Source: Microbotryum violaceum (lineage: Eukaryota). Taken from it: a stretch of 43,168 nucleotides of DNA. Shown in pieces: positions 24,428 to 35,454 of this stretch. A program made the position numbers and the translations under genes. How positions within the stretch are numbered: position 1 is the stretch's first letter; each line of letters opens with the position of its first letter. Location of the stretch: the NCBI GenBank assembly GCA_001244265.2, contig CDLV01000008.1:2232001-2275168 (forward strand). The letters run 5' to 3'. The notes under the pieces are model-generated. The model saw nothing but the letters and a program-made list of their open reading frames with translations, was not told where the DNA came from and made no database searches.

Positions 24428-25307
24428 ATGCTTTTCAAGGTTTCTGCGGCCCTCGTGCTGACCTTGCTCTCGATCACCACTTCGGCCTCGCCCCAGAAGG
24501 CGGCAGCCGTCGAGCATGATGCGATGCCGTCCGCGCACCATCATGGGATGTCGTCCCGGCACCAGGACATGCCGTCCGCGCACAATCAAACGATGCCGTC
24601 CGCGCACAATCAAACGATGCCGTCCCCGCAGGCACTCCCCGGCCCGAGCGGTATCACCGTCACGCCCATGCCGCCGGTTCTGGGCTCTTTATGCAATACC
24701 AAGGTTTCCTGCGCGTTTCGCTCGAGACGGCGTCCATTGACGTTGTATTGGTTACTGCGAACAAGCTCAACAAACTTGTCGTGAGTGGTAAAGAGCCTCA
24801 ACCCTTGACAACGCCCCCCCCCTCTCTCTCTCTTCTCTCTTTCTCTCTCCTCTCTCTCCTCTCTCTCTCTGGCCCGCCAGCTCCAGAAAAACTCTTGTCT
24901 ACCTCCAAAGATCCAAGTATGAACTAAACCTGCTTCACACCATCGTACCAGCTTGCCCAAGATCTGTCTGCCATAAATGCGTCAAATTTCTTTGCAGCGA
25001 ATTTTAGGCTGCCCGTGGCTTACCACGTCACACACCAGGAGATGGGCAAACCCCTCCTGGCAAATGTGAGTTTCATTTTCGCCAACGACCGGAGTCTACT
25101 CCTCGTCAGACTGCTCTACGGTTTCAGACGATGCTAAGACCTTTCTCGTCGAATGGGTGGTTGTCCCACCAGCTTGACATCTACGAGCGTGAAAAGCAGC
25201 TCTTGCCCGACGGCAGCTCCAAGTTCCAGGTTCGCTACCTGTCGCAAGCGCCTTCCTTCCTGATCAACAACGCCAGGTACATCAAGGATAAGAAAATGAC
25301 CTCGTAG
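24428..25307 (+). CDS. Small secreted effector-like protein; frameshifted or dependent on a cryptic intron
   Basis: Signal peptide MLFKVSAALVLTLLSITTSA and 24-bp MPSAHNQT repeats. Downstream exons ..24780, 24952-25065 and 25128-25307 have GTGAGT/CAG sites and an open frame to TAG. The signal-peptide frame and downstream frame differ around 24650-24765. Confidence 0.7.
24813..24870. repeat. Poly-C plus (CT)n pyrimidine tract inside an intron of the secreted-protein gene
   Basis: Directly visible. Confidence 0.85.
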
Positions 25308-25564
25308 ATACCTTTCCATTTCGACTCGTCACAGGACGCTGCACCCTTTCGTGATGCAACGCGTTTCGAGCTCGCCATTTGGTTGCCTGAAACACCTCAA
25401 CTTCCCCCCGTGCCTTCGTTTTGGACTTGCCTGCCTTCGCACATGCCTTCCCCCCCCCCATCTTACTCTTCGTATGACCTATAGTCCAATACCGCTTTCC
25501 CGTTACATCTACTCATTATCTGCAACGTTCATGATTGCAATTTATCTGGGGCGCTGGCGGTGTC

Positions 25565-28500
25565 CAGGGAGTAACTTCAGGCGCGCGCGCACGCATGAGG
25601 CCCGCTTAGGCAAAGAAGTCGGCGAAGTTAGCAGAGGCGTGGGGGAAGTTAGTATTGGCCCACGGCTAGTTCTGGCTAGTTTGCCAAGGCGCGTGTGCTA
25701 ACTGCGGGACGGTCGTACGAGAGACTCTCCCTCGGCTCATTCGCGTGCTTTCGACTCATATACATGAGCCATCCCAATGCTCGGGTTCCCAACCGAATCG
25801 ACATGGCTGCGTCATGTAACCTCGCCATTTGATCACCGTCATTCATCCAGCCCGGTGCCGAATGATCAAGACGATGGAGACGCGATGGCGATCGACGAGG
25901 ACCGAAGATGACGCAGCGTCTTGGATATAACACCTCTCGACAATTTCAAGACTTCAATCTAAACCACTGAGTCGGTGATCCGCTGAAGTCATTGAGTGAC
26001 CAAGGACCACCGAAGCGGGCGCGAGGTCGTCCAGCCCTATCGGAGCAACAGAAGGCTGCAAGAAATGAAATGGACAAGAAGAAGAAGCAAGCGTTGAGAG
26101 AAGCGAAGGAAGCTCAGAGAGATCTGCAGAGAGAGGCACAGCGGGTCAAGGATCAGGCCGAGAAGGAGCGGCTTGAAGCCAAAGCCGAAACGGAACGCCA
26201 AGCTGCCGTCCTCAGGCAAGAGGCACGTATGCAGATGAGTTCAACCCGCTCAAGCCTGGCGATCATTCATTCCTACGTGCTGTTCGCTGTGCCGATATTC
26301 GTGATCTATATGACTGCGAATAGAACCCGTCTGATAGAGAGTACACCGTGAGTGCACATCCCGCAGCTATGCCTTCGCGATTCGCTTGATCTCGCTTGAT
26401 CTCGCCGATTGAACTCTAAGTACGATTAATGCTCAAACACTATAGAAACAAACGAAACTATCGTCGCCACCACAAGGGCGGTGATGAGCTAGTTCACGGT
26501 TTTCTGCCTGTCAAGTCGGCTTGGACTAGGCTCTATGACGGCTGCATCTCCAACGCCAATCTGGACATCTACGAACCACAATTCTTCTATTGGGATCCCC
26601 TCCTAATGATCGGCCAGCCGGATGACAAGCGAGCGGGCGTCGGCCTGCGGTGCATGGAGTGCGAGCTTAACGAAGCCGTCCCAAAGGCATGTTGAGGCTG
26701 AACGGGTTCTTGGATCGGCCGCGCCGAGCGTGTGGTCTCCGCGAGTTCGTCTATCTCATCGGCCGCTCTTACAACTGCGACAACAAGAAGTGCTCCAAGA
26801 CGTATCGGTCTTGGTCGCCAGAGGTCCTTGACCCACTGGACCCATCACTGCGCTCGATGTTCCCTTCTATTTGTCACATCGCACCGCCATTACCTCGGAG
26901 GTGTTCGAGGTAGTGCGATCTTCCTTCCACTACGGTCTGGGAGCCGAGCAAATTTCCGACATGCTTGTCTGCTTTCGTCGTGGCGCCCACGACAGGCTAG
27001 AGCTCGACTATAGGTCGGCCATGTGCGCGCCAAAAGCCGGGACCTTATCAGGACATCAGTGATTGAGATGACTCGGCGGGCAATTGCAGCTATGTGCCAA
27101 CATCGAAGGTTCTTGCAATTTTTTTCAATGCGAAAATAGAAGAGTAAGGCCGGATTGTAGTATCGAGCACTGCGAATACTTGCTTCTAATCTTCTCTGCT
27201 GACCCTCTTTGCTTTGCCCATTCTCAGACACGAGTCGCTCATACGCCACCATGTTTCATTGGCCCCTTGCACAATCATGTCACGCGATCACAGCTGCAAG
27301 TTGAGAACTTGGAAAAGGGGCAAGTAAACTCTTGATCAATTCAAATTGTGCTAACCCAATGAGTCTCTCTTCATCTCAGGTCCCGAAGCAAATCGCCAAG
27401 ATCAATGGCATTCCTCCCTTTCATGCGCTCCTGATGGTCGGAAACGAGTACGGCAAAGTTCGACTCGCCGTCCTCACCGCGACCAAAGGCCACGCGTCGT
27501 TCGAATCACCACTCGAGGACATGTCGAAGCATCTGAAATTGTATGGTCACGAACAACCATCCATCTGCTACACGGATCAGCCCGGCCAGGACACTACATT
27601 CTTGATAGAAACGCTCCCCTCGCTTGCTCCGACTCTCGGCACCAACGCAGGCCCGCGCCAAGGCGACCTCATGCTACCTCCTGAGACGACCCCTGTTCAG
27701 GTGAACACCGTTTCCGCGTTGACCCAAGTGCTGAGGCAGATAACAGAAAACATTTCCAAAGATGGAAAACTTGTGGTTGGTGTCGACGCCGAATAGGCAA
27801 CCGCTCCCGCAAACTCGTATCGCAACGTGGCCATTGCGGCCTCTAAGAAAGCCGTTGACGTCGTCCAATTCGCCTGGGAATCACTGGAGTGCGACTTGTT
27901 CATTCATGTGATTCAAGTGAGCTTTTCGTACCCGTGCTCTTTCACATAAAGTCGAACAAAAAACTTACCAAATTATTGCGTGTCTGCAGCTCTCGCAGAT
28001 CATACAAAAGTGCTTCAAATGGCGTTTGCCCCCGCCCTTGCGGCATTTTCTCGATCGCGCGGACATCTTGAAGGTGGGCGTCGGCGTTGCTGGCGACCTC
28101 ACTCGCATCGTCACGCCATCACGAACGCGGAGCGCTGGGAACTTGCGATCGATGAGGAGAATCCGATCAGTCTTACCGAAACTTCAAGCATCGCGGTGGA
28201 TTGGATCTGGCGCAGCACGCGAACCTGAACGGGCCACATGCTCGGGAGAGGAGTTGGATCTCGAAGCCTCGCGCACTTTTCGAAACGCTTCCTCAAGAAA
28301 CGGCTGCCGAAAGACGAATCAATTCATCGGTCAATGTATTTGGCTGAGACGATGCTGCCCCCACGCCACATCATGTACGCTGCACTCAACGCCTACGCGT
28401 CGCTTCTCGTCTACAAGGCGATCAGTAAGTGTCACACGCGACCATTGTCGCCCCTGGTACTTCCACGTGTGGGCACTCAAGTCGCTATCATATATGAACC

Positions 28501-29945
28501 TGATCGTTCAATCGCACGTGGTGTCATCCAGACAGTTGATTCCTCGATCGACGAAACGTGCACGCCTCCATCCGAGTTTCACGGATTCAAATGGGACAAG
28601 AGCCGCGCTGTCGTTGACATCACACAAATCCTCATTCCTGGAGCGCTCGTTCCCGAATACAACACCAATGCGATGACTTTCCACAGCGCGATCTTTTGGC
28701 CTTACGAGCGTTCTCAATTCAACAGAACACTGACAGCAACGTTCGCTCCCAATGCGGTGACGGATCATTCCCGTTGCTTTTTGCGCTCGATGCTCTCATG
28801 GTCGACTTGGACGATGAGGTCACCATCGAGAGTTCCGTCCACAGCTCAGCTCACACGTTCACGTCCGCTCACAAGCCGTCGCTGTCCTCGGCTCAAATAT
28901 CTTCGCCTTCAAAAGCACTGGACGTTGGCGCCGTAGCGAATTCCTGCACGAGAGAAACGGAGATGGAAGAGCACACGGAGGACTTCGACGACAGTCTCGA
29001 TGCGGCGACCGCTGAGATCGAAGAAGCGCTCTTACTCGAACGTTGCGAGACGACTGCGGTTGAGATCTCGGCCATCTTAGACGCTGCCGACGGAAACAAA
29101 GGTTGGTCACTCCGGTTCCTCGGTTGAGTTTGATTTAAGGCTCATTCGATTTTCATCTCTTTCATCTGGTCAGCCTCGTCGCTCGATGATCCCCAACTCC
29201 GAATCCTCATGGATCCCTTCCATTTTTTCCAGAGGATCTATCTATCGAAAAAGCACGGAGCTACGAGAGCTTTCCTTCGCGCTCTCTCCGATGCCATCTC
29301 TGTCGTCAACCTAGACGACAAGCACCTAGTGTCGATACGACTCGCCAAAGCGATGATGACTTTCGACGAAGCCACACGGTCGCCCGCTCACGCCAAATAC
29401 ATCTGGAAGCGTGTCCGACGAACGATTCCTCCTCCAAGCATTCTTGAGCCATTGGTCAGGGAAGTTTTCGAGGCGTTCGGGTCGTTGCTCGATGCTAAAA
29501 CAAAGCAGCCCCTCTTCAATAAGGCTGCACTCCTCGTCACGAAAAGGTGTCTCGAACTCGTTCGAAAGGGACAGCTTTCTGATCCAGTGGGCATCGAGCT
29601 TTACACCGACCTCGGACCTTGTCGTGGACCTGATGAAACAGCTGATGATGGTGTCCGCTTGTATTCATGTCGGCGCGGCACGAACGGCCTCGAAGGTGGC
29701 ATCCATCGAAATCTCCGCGCGCGCTTCGCTAAGTCAGGCGTCACTCCGCGTCATGCAAACGCTCGCCTGCTGGACTATGTACTAGGACACAATCTTACAG
29801 TCAGTCGGCACGTTTATCGGTCGTGTTGACCACAAGCAACAAGAAGCTCATTCACGATTCAAACTTGCAGGTTGGCACATACAATCGCACTGGGGTGGCT
29901 TTCACCGGTCATTTCGACTTATGGCTCACTCTGGATCTGTATCGA
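25565..29945 (+). mobile_element. 3'-truncated DNA transposon encoding a DxxH-type DDE transposase with an embedded exonuclease
   Basis: GC-rich end with repeated GAAGTT/GCTAGTT motifs at ~25570-25690, then the transposase. No right end; the sequence passes directly into a host gene fragment. Confidence 0.65.
25908..29945 (+). pseudogene. DUF6729-like DDE transposase with AT-hook, Cys cluster and DnaQ/WRN-like 3'-5' exonuclease insert
   Basis: KRARGRP; PQFFYWDPL..LRCMEC..LIGRSYNC..C; SRDHSCK|VPK (D 27286); ICYTD (D 27575). Exonuclease motifs VGVDAE*, KVGVGVAGDL, YAALNAY. Then MDPFH (29209), YSCRRGTNGLEGGIH and GHFDLWL. Frameshifts near 26690 and 26870; stop at 27794. Confidence 0.8.
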
Positions 29946-30649
29946 CTCCCCTCCCCTCAACGCGCTCCACAACCCTTCCCGATCCGATCCGAGTGAAACT
30001 CCCTCTCCCAGGTTCCTACCAATACCAGAATAGCGCCGTTGCCCTGCTCGCTGTCGAACTGCTCCGTACCTCCCGTCGTCCTCTTTCCCTTGTCCCGGCT
30101 TTGTCGAACGTTTCTCCTCTGGCCTACCGAAAAGGAATCGAAGTGACTCGGTGGGTAGGACGATTGGATTGGGTCAACTTTTCCTCTGAGCTTAGTAGGA
30201 CCAAACACCCCATCTTGATCGACGGAGCGCACAACCCTTCAGCAGCCGAACAACTTCACCAGTACCTACACACCCTTGCCGAGGACTCGGCACCGACGAC
30301 GTTGATCACTGCTATTTCGGCCCCGAGACCACCGACGGTACTCTTGGAACCCCTTTTAAGACCCCGAGGATCCATTCGCAAGGTCGTGTGTGTAAGTTTT
30401 AGTCGTCCCGATGGGATGTCTTGGATAGAACCGACGCCCCCCGAAGAGATGAGGGAGCTCCTTCTTCGTGACCCAGCGTTCGAGCACGTGCAAGAGGTGC
30501 AGGTGTTTGGGGAGGTTGAGCAGGCTTTGAAGAGTTTAGGGGAGGCGGATCGCGTCGTGGTGGCGGGGAGTTTGTATTTGGCCGCGGATGTGTATCGGTT
30601 GATCAGAAGGGGGAGGGAAGGGGCCGCGGAGGCGGAGGCGGATGCATGA
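29946..30649 (+). pseudogene. FOL3: C-terminal half of dihydrofolate synthase (FolC/FOL3-like); N-terminal ATPase half missing
   Basis: LPGSYQYQNSAVAL, RWVGRL, ILIDGAHN (DHFS/FolC-type rather than DGAHT) and VVAGSLYLAADV; frame open to TGA 30649. No upstream GTNGKGS P-loop anywhere in the window. Confidence 0.85.
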
Positions 30650-30832
30650 GTTTGCGTAGGCGGCTTCCTTTGTGGCTATTATAATGTTGTCATACTCTTC
30701 TAACCCCCTCTCGAAATGAAAGTACGAAGGCGTTGTACATTCGTGTATAAGATTACAGGGACAAAGTGAACTGCAACTACACACGAAAAAAAAAATGGCG
30801 CACAAGATCAACGAAGCTACAAGACCTTCACC

Positions 30833-33642
30833 TCATTCCCCCGCCTCCTCCTCCTCCTCAACCAGCTGAAAAGGCCACGCCAGGACCTCATCCTTATACT
30901 CGGCCTCACTCCTCGTCTCCAACAGATAACGACTGAAAAAAACACCCACCAGAGCCGCAAGACCGCCAAAACGGAGTACCCATACGACGTCGTTGGCTCC
31001 TCGAAGACCGTCTGTGGGTTCGGAGTCGCTACCTCCTCCGCCTTCGGAAGCGAAGGTGGAGACGAGGAGTTCGAGTCCGCGTCGCAGCACGAGATCTGTC
31101 GATTTCCCATTCCCTTCGTTTACGGAACGTTCCTTCTCCAATAGAGAGAAGATGCAAGCCGCCACGACAGCGACGAAGAACTGCGGCATGCAACACGCTT
31201 GGTTGTGGATGCCTAGAATCGTACCTCCCGCTGTAGAGCTCGAGTTCGATGCGGCTGGATCGGAATGCGCTTCTCGATGGCCTCGCTCTTCGATTCGTCC
31301 TTGAGAACCACGTGGCGAACCCCTAGAAACCCCCTCAGGCCTCGATGACAAAAGCGGTGAACATTCCGCCAACCCCTGTCTGACTCTCTCTAGCTGCGAA
31401 GAGGAATGCGCAAAAGGTGGCGGGGAGGCGAAAAGGGTTTCTTCTTCGATCCCCGATCGAAATGCGTACTCCCGTAGTTTGTTCGGGAGGGCGCTTGAGA
31501 GGGACTCGTACGTGCGTCTTCCGAGGAGGGAAGAGAGGATGCGGTTGGAGCAGATGCGGGCTCGATTTCGCGGATGGATTCCATGACGAGGGCGAAAGGG
31601 ACCTAAAGTGAAAGCGATACAAATCAGCAAGGTTGCCCCGAAAGAATATCGTCCAGGTACTCACCCAACACTGCACTGCCCAAGAAACGCCACAGAACGC
31701 CACAATACTCATCGCCCCTTCTACCGTCTTGACCCAAAACGTCGCGACCATGGCAGAAGCATACAACACGGTCCCCAAAGTCCACATATTCCTCGGTGTC
31801 ATGTTCGCCAATAAATGCCTCATCAGCCTACCCTTCTTCGACGTCCTTGATAGTCGCCTGTCGACAATTTTTCTGCGGCCTAGAGTCGTTAACCAGGGTA
31901 GCAACGATCCCGACCCGAGGGAGACGAGCGCATAAAGAAGCAGAGCCAATGAACCGGCCCTCGTCGCCGTATCCGTCGAAGGTTCCTCTTGATCAGGCGG
32001 CAGACTCGCATAAAGTACTTCGGCGACGTACGACGTCGAATAAAACAAAAAGGGGAACCAAGCGGTCCATTGGAAGAATTGGAGATAACAGACCCTTCGT
32101 ACGGAGAGGGGGAGTTCGCGAGTCGCTTTGCGGACGTTGATCCAGATGCTGGACCAGCGGATCCCCCGGTTTGCTATCTGGAGCTCGGAGGAGGAAATGC
32201 GCTCGACTTGGGTCCAACAGGTGATGGCGACGCAGAGGGTCATGACGACGCAAGCCATGACGGCCAATTTACGGAACTGACCTCCACCAACCCAGGAAAG
32301 GGCGGCCCAATGCCCTAGATCGATGTAACCCGCGCCGTAGCCGAAGATGTTGGCGAAATGGGACATGCGACCGTGCCAGGCGTTGGCGACGTTTTGTTGA
32401 TGCCTTGGGGATTGGTCGAGGATCAGGGCCTAGGGGGTGAGATGCGGTGTCAGGATCAGACCGTGCTGCGTCATGAGCCTTGGGTAGAACGGATCACCGA
32501 CTCACGCGCAACGAGGCCTGTAGTCCGTTGAGACTGAAATCGAGAATGTAAAAGCCTAGGACCCCAATCGCGATCGCGCTTGCTCGAACGTGGTCCTCCT
32601 GCTTGGGATCCCAATCGCCCAGGCCGGACCACCCACTCAACAAGGAGCCAATCTCGTTGGCATAAGCGACGAAAAGAGTCGAGACGACGACCGAGGCAGT
32701 TGAGGCGGCGATGAACGCTCTTCGTCTGTACTTTGTTTTCGATGCATCGGACAAGGCTCCGATGATAGGTTGCATGATCAAGCCTGCCAACGGTCCTGCG
32801 AGCCATACGAGGGAAGTGGCGCGTTTGGTCAGACCGAGGGACAAGAGGTAAGGTGTGCCAAACGCCATTTCGACTGTCCACGCGAGTTGAGCACCGGCTA
32901 GACCGAGGGTCAACTTGACGAGGTCAAAGGTGGTGAGGTCGGGGGTGGAGGAGGAGGTGCCGGTGCTGGTGTGGTCTAGGGGGTGCTTGTCCGAGTTGGT
33001 GCGCGTGGGATGTGGTTGGGACTGTGGTCTGTAGCCCATGATCCCCTGTGCGACCCGGCGACAGCTGGTGTCATCGTCCTCTTCCTCTTCGTCGTCGTCG
33101 CCTCCGGCTGCGAGACGTTCGCCCGTTGAGGCGTAGTATTCTTCTTCACGGTGGGGTGGGGTGCCAATCGGGGCGGTACGTGGGGGGCCGGCTGTGAGGG
33201 GTCTCCGACTGCCCAGCAGAGTGATGGCGGATGCTACTCGGGTGCGCCGGTTCGACGAAGGTGACGAGGCAGAACAAGAGGACGATGACTCCCGGTGAGG
33301 TGTTGTGTTCGTCACGGTGGTCGTCGTGGGCTGGTTCTGGTTCTTGTGGGCGCTCCCGCCTGCGCCTGGTCGATGAGGACTCGAACGATTCCACAAGTTT
33401 GACGTCGCATTGGAGAGTGAAGAAGGCGCAAACTTGGGCGAAGCGTGTTGAGGTGGTGCACTCCCAATGTGGCCCAAATCAGCGAACGACTCGTAGGTGG
33501 TGTGGTGTGCAGGCAGGGTCGGCGTCGTAGGTGTGGTCGGTGTCGTTGCGGTCGGTGGTCCGCACGAGGTGCGACGAGAGGTGCCGTTGTTGTTGGCAGT
33601 GCTGCCACGAGATGAACGCGTCGAGGCTCGTCGCGAGCTCAT
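30833..33642 (-). CDS. SUT1-like sucrose/alpha-glucoside:H+ symporter (GPH/MFS)
   Basis: GAQLAWTVEMAFGTPYLLSLGL, VWLAGPLAGLIMQPIIGALSD, RRRAFI, LDFSLNGLQASLR, QFFQWTAWFPFLFYST, ATRAGSLALL, GTILGIHN..PQF; ATG 33642. Confidence 0.93.
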
Positions 33643-33812
33643 GGCGTGGGGGAGGGTGGGTGTGACTGTGCGACGGGGCAGCAGGCCCTCCACTGCACCG
33701 TGGTCCGTGTGGGAGGAGGCGGTTGGAAAGGAGACCGACCACACTTTCAACTCGGCGCTGGCCCGTCGGCTTTCGGAGTTTGGCCGAGGAAGGACCCCCG
33801 AAAGCCCAGCCG

Positions 33813-33950
33813 GAGGCGCATTTTTTTTTTTTTTTGACATTTTGAGGACCCAAAATTCTGAAAATCGTCGAGGCGCATTGCAGAAAATTGACATTTTGGG
33901 ACAAAACACACGTTTCGCCCCCGAGGCGCATGTCCAGATTTTGACATTTT
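33813..33950 (+). repeat. Three spaced copies of bipartite motif GAGGCGCAT-N9/12-TTGACATTTT
   Basis: Copies start at 33813, 33870 and 33923; an inverted variant lies at ~42658-42686. Confidence 0.75.
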
Positions 33951-34399
33951 CCCGTAAGTCGGCCCAATTTTGGCCTACCCTGAGCAACCTTCGGCATGAC
34001 TTCGGGCCCGTTCGCCTTCGCTTCGAGACGCGTTTAGCGATGCTCGCGCCTGAACAAGTCACTTAGTACTAGCCATCTTCGGTAATCACTTGAGTTAAGT
34101 GGCTGTGAGGGATTAGGCCGATTCGATATTGAAGGGGCGCAGGTTCCGTTCCGCTTCACCGACTTTCGTCCGAGATTGGAGCATAGCACGACAACATCAT
34201 CCCATGCAGGCCTTGAACGATGCCTTCGATTGATTATTGCCGCTCACCAACATGAACATGACGATCGCCGAGCTCCTCGCCTTCGATGTCGCTCCCGCCG
34301 ACGCGTCTCTTCACATCGAGTTGTCCAAAGACGAGCACACCCAGTACTCGACCTTATCATCTACTCGATGCCGTTGAGAAGACAAACAGCTGGGTTAGA

Positions 34400-35400
34400 A
34401 ACTTGAAGTAGGTAGTCGTCTTGACGAATGAAGAGTTGGACTCGGTGAGTAGAGCGCTGCACTACAATGCAGTTGTTTCGTTGTCAAAGGACAAACTCAT
34501 CAGGCGCTTGCGCTTCTAAGGCCTTTCAGGTATTTAGTAGAAAGACTAGTTCGAACTTGAAATGATCCATCTGCTTCGATAAATCCTGCTAATCAAGCAT
34601 TCCAAGTCAGAAGGCTAATGAGAGAATAGATTCTAATCCGAATTTCGGACTTAGAAGGAATCTCTCAGAGGCCAGCCATGACTAATAAGTGGAGGTCAGG
34701 TGGTCTGTGCGAGTTCAAGAGCTGGACAGCGGAGTAAGCACCCCTGTTCCAGGGATGCTCTGACCTCCTAATAGACATTACTAGGTCTAGTAGTGGAAGT
34801 TGTAATACCTCCACTTGGAAAAACAAATGAGTTTTGAATATTAAAATATTTTTGACTCAGTAACATCAGGTCGTGTTGATGCAAGTGGAGTCGATGTAAT
34901 CCCATACATCTGAAGACCAAAAGCCACCGAAAATTGAAGAAAATTCTGGTGTATAACGCTGTCCAAGTCAAAAGACTTGGATGTACATAGTACACGAGTT
35001 ATAATCAATCTAGAGTCGAAGAATTCTCAAAATTTGAAAAAGAATTCTTTGAGCGTCTAGTACAACTGATATGAAACCGTGCTAAGGTTCTCAGTGTATC
35101 TAAGATGTTACAGTTCCTTCTGCCACCAGGAGAAGGAGCTATCTGTTATGCTACTACAGAGCCAGAATGGACTCCAGATAATTTTAATCATAAGTTCAAG
35201 TACCCTCTCACGGAAGATTCTCAATGATTCTCCGAGTAGAACAAGAGAGTACAAGCCTTTATGATCTCGATGTATCTGTTTAACGTAGTTCCACTTATTC
35301 ACGGCATGAATAAGGTTTTAAGTTTTCTGGTGAATCTTATCAAAGTCAAATCATCTGCTCCTCCCTGCTGGGGTCCAAGTGCCAGGGTGCAAAGTAAGTT
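34400..35400. other. AT-rich, stop-riddled coding relic of unknown origin
   Basis: Visibly more AT- and TA-rich than the flanks. A + frame from ~35000 (YNQSRVEEFSKFEKEFFERLVQLI*NRAKV...EDSQ*FSE*NKRVQAF...) reads as protein interrupted by TGA/TAG. Confidence 0.4.
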
Positions 35401-35454
35401 ACACTAGATCTTTCAATCTAATGTAACAAGTTATGCACCCAAGTCCAAGGATGT

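Noticed and set aside
24700-25170. Cys-rich reading of the secreted protein (RCIGYC..CPRSVCHKC)
   Set aside because: That frame contains stops, whereas the alternative frame is open through three exons with phase-0 junctions.
15688-25562. CACCGCCAGC / GCTGGCGGTG as true TIRs that would include the effector in the KDZ element
   Set aside because: Only 10 bp in GC-rich DNA and no target-site duplication; cannot be separated from chance without other copies.
31390-31469. Apparent frameshift in the SUT1-like gene
   Set aside because: An 80-nt GTACGC..CTAG intron (31469-31390) restores the frame, so the gene is not called a pseudogene.
33643-34062. N-terminal extension of the 522-aa ORF 32494-34062
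   Set aside because: Non-ATG start running through a poly-A tract and repeat motifs; ATG 33642 is the more plausible start.
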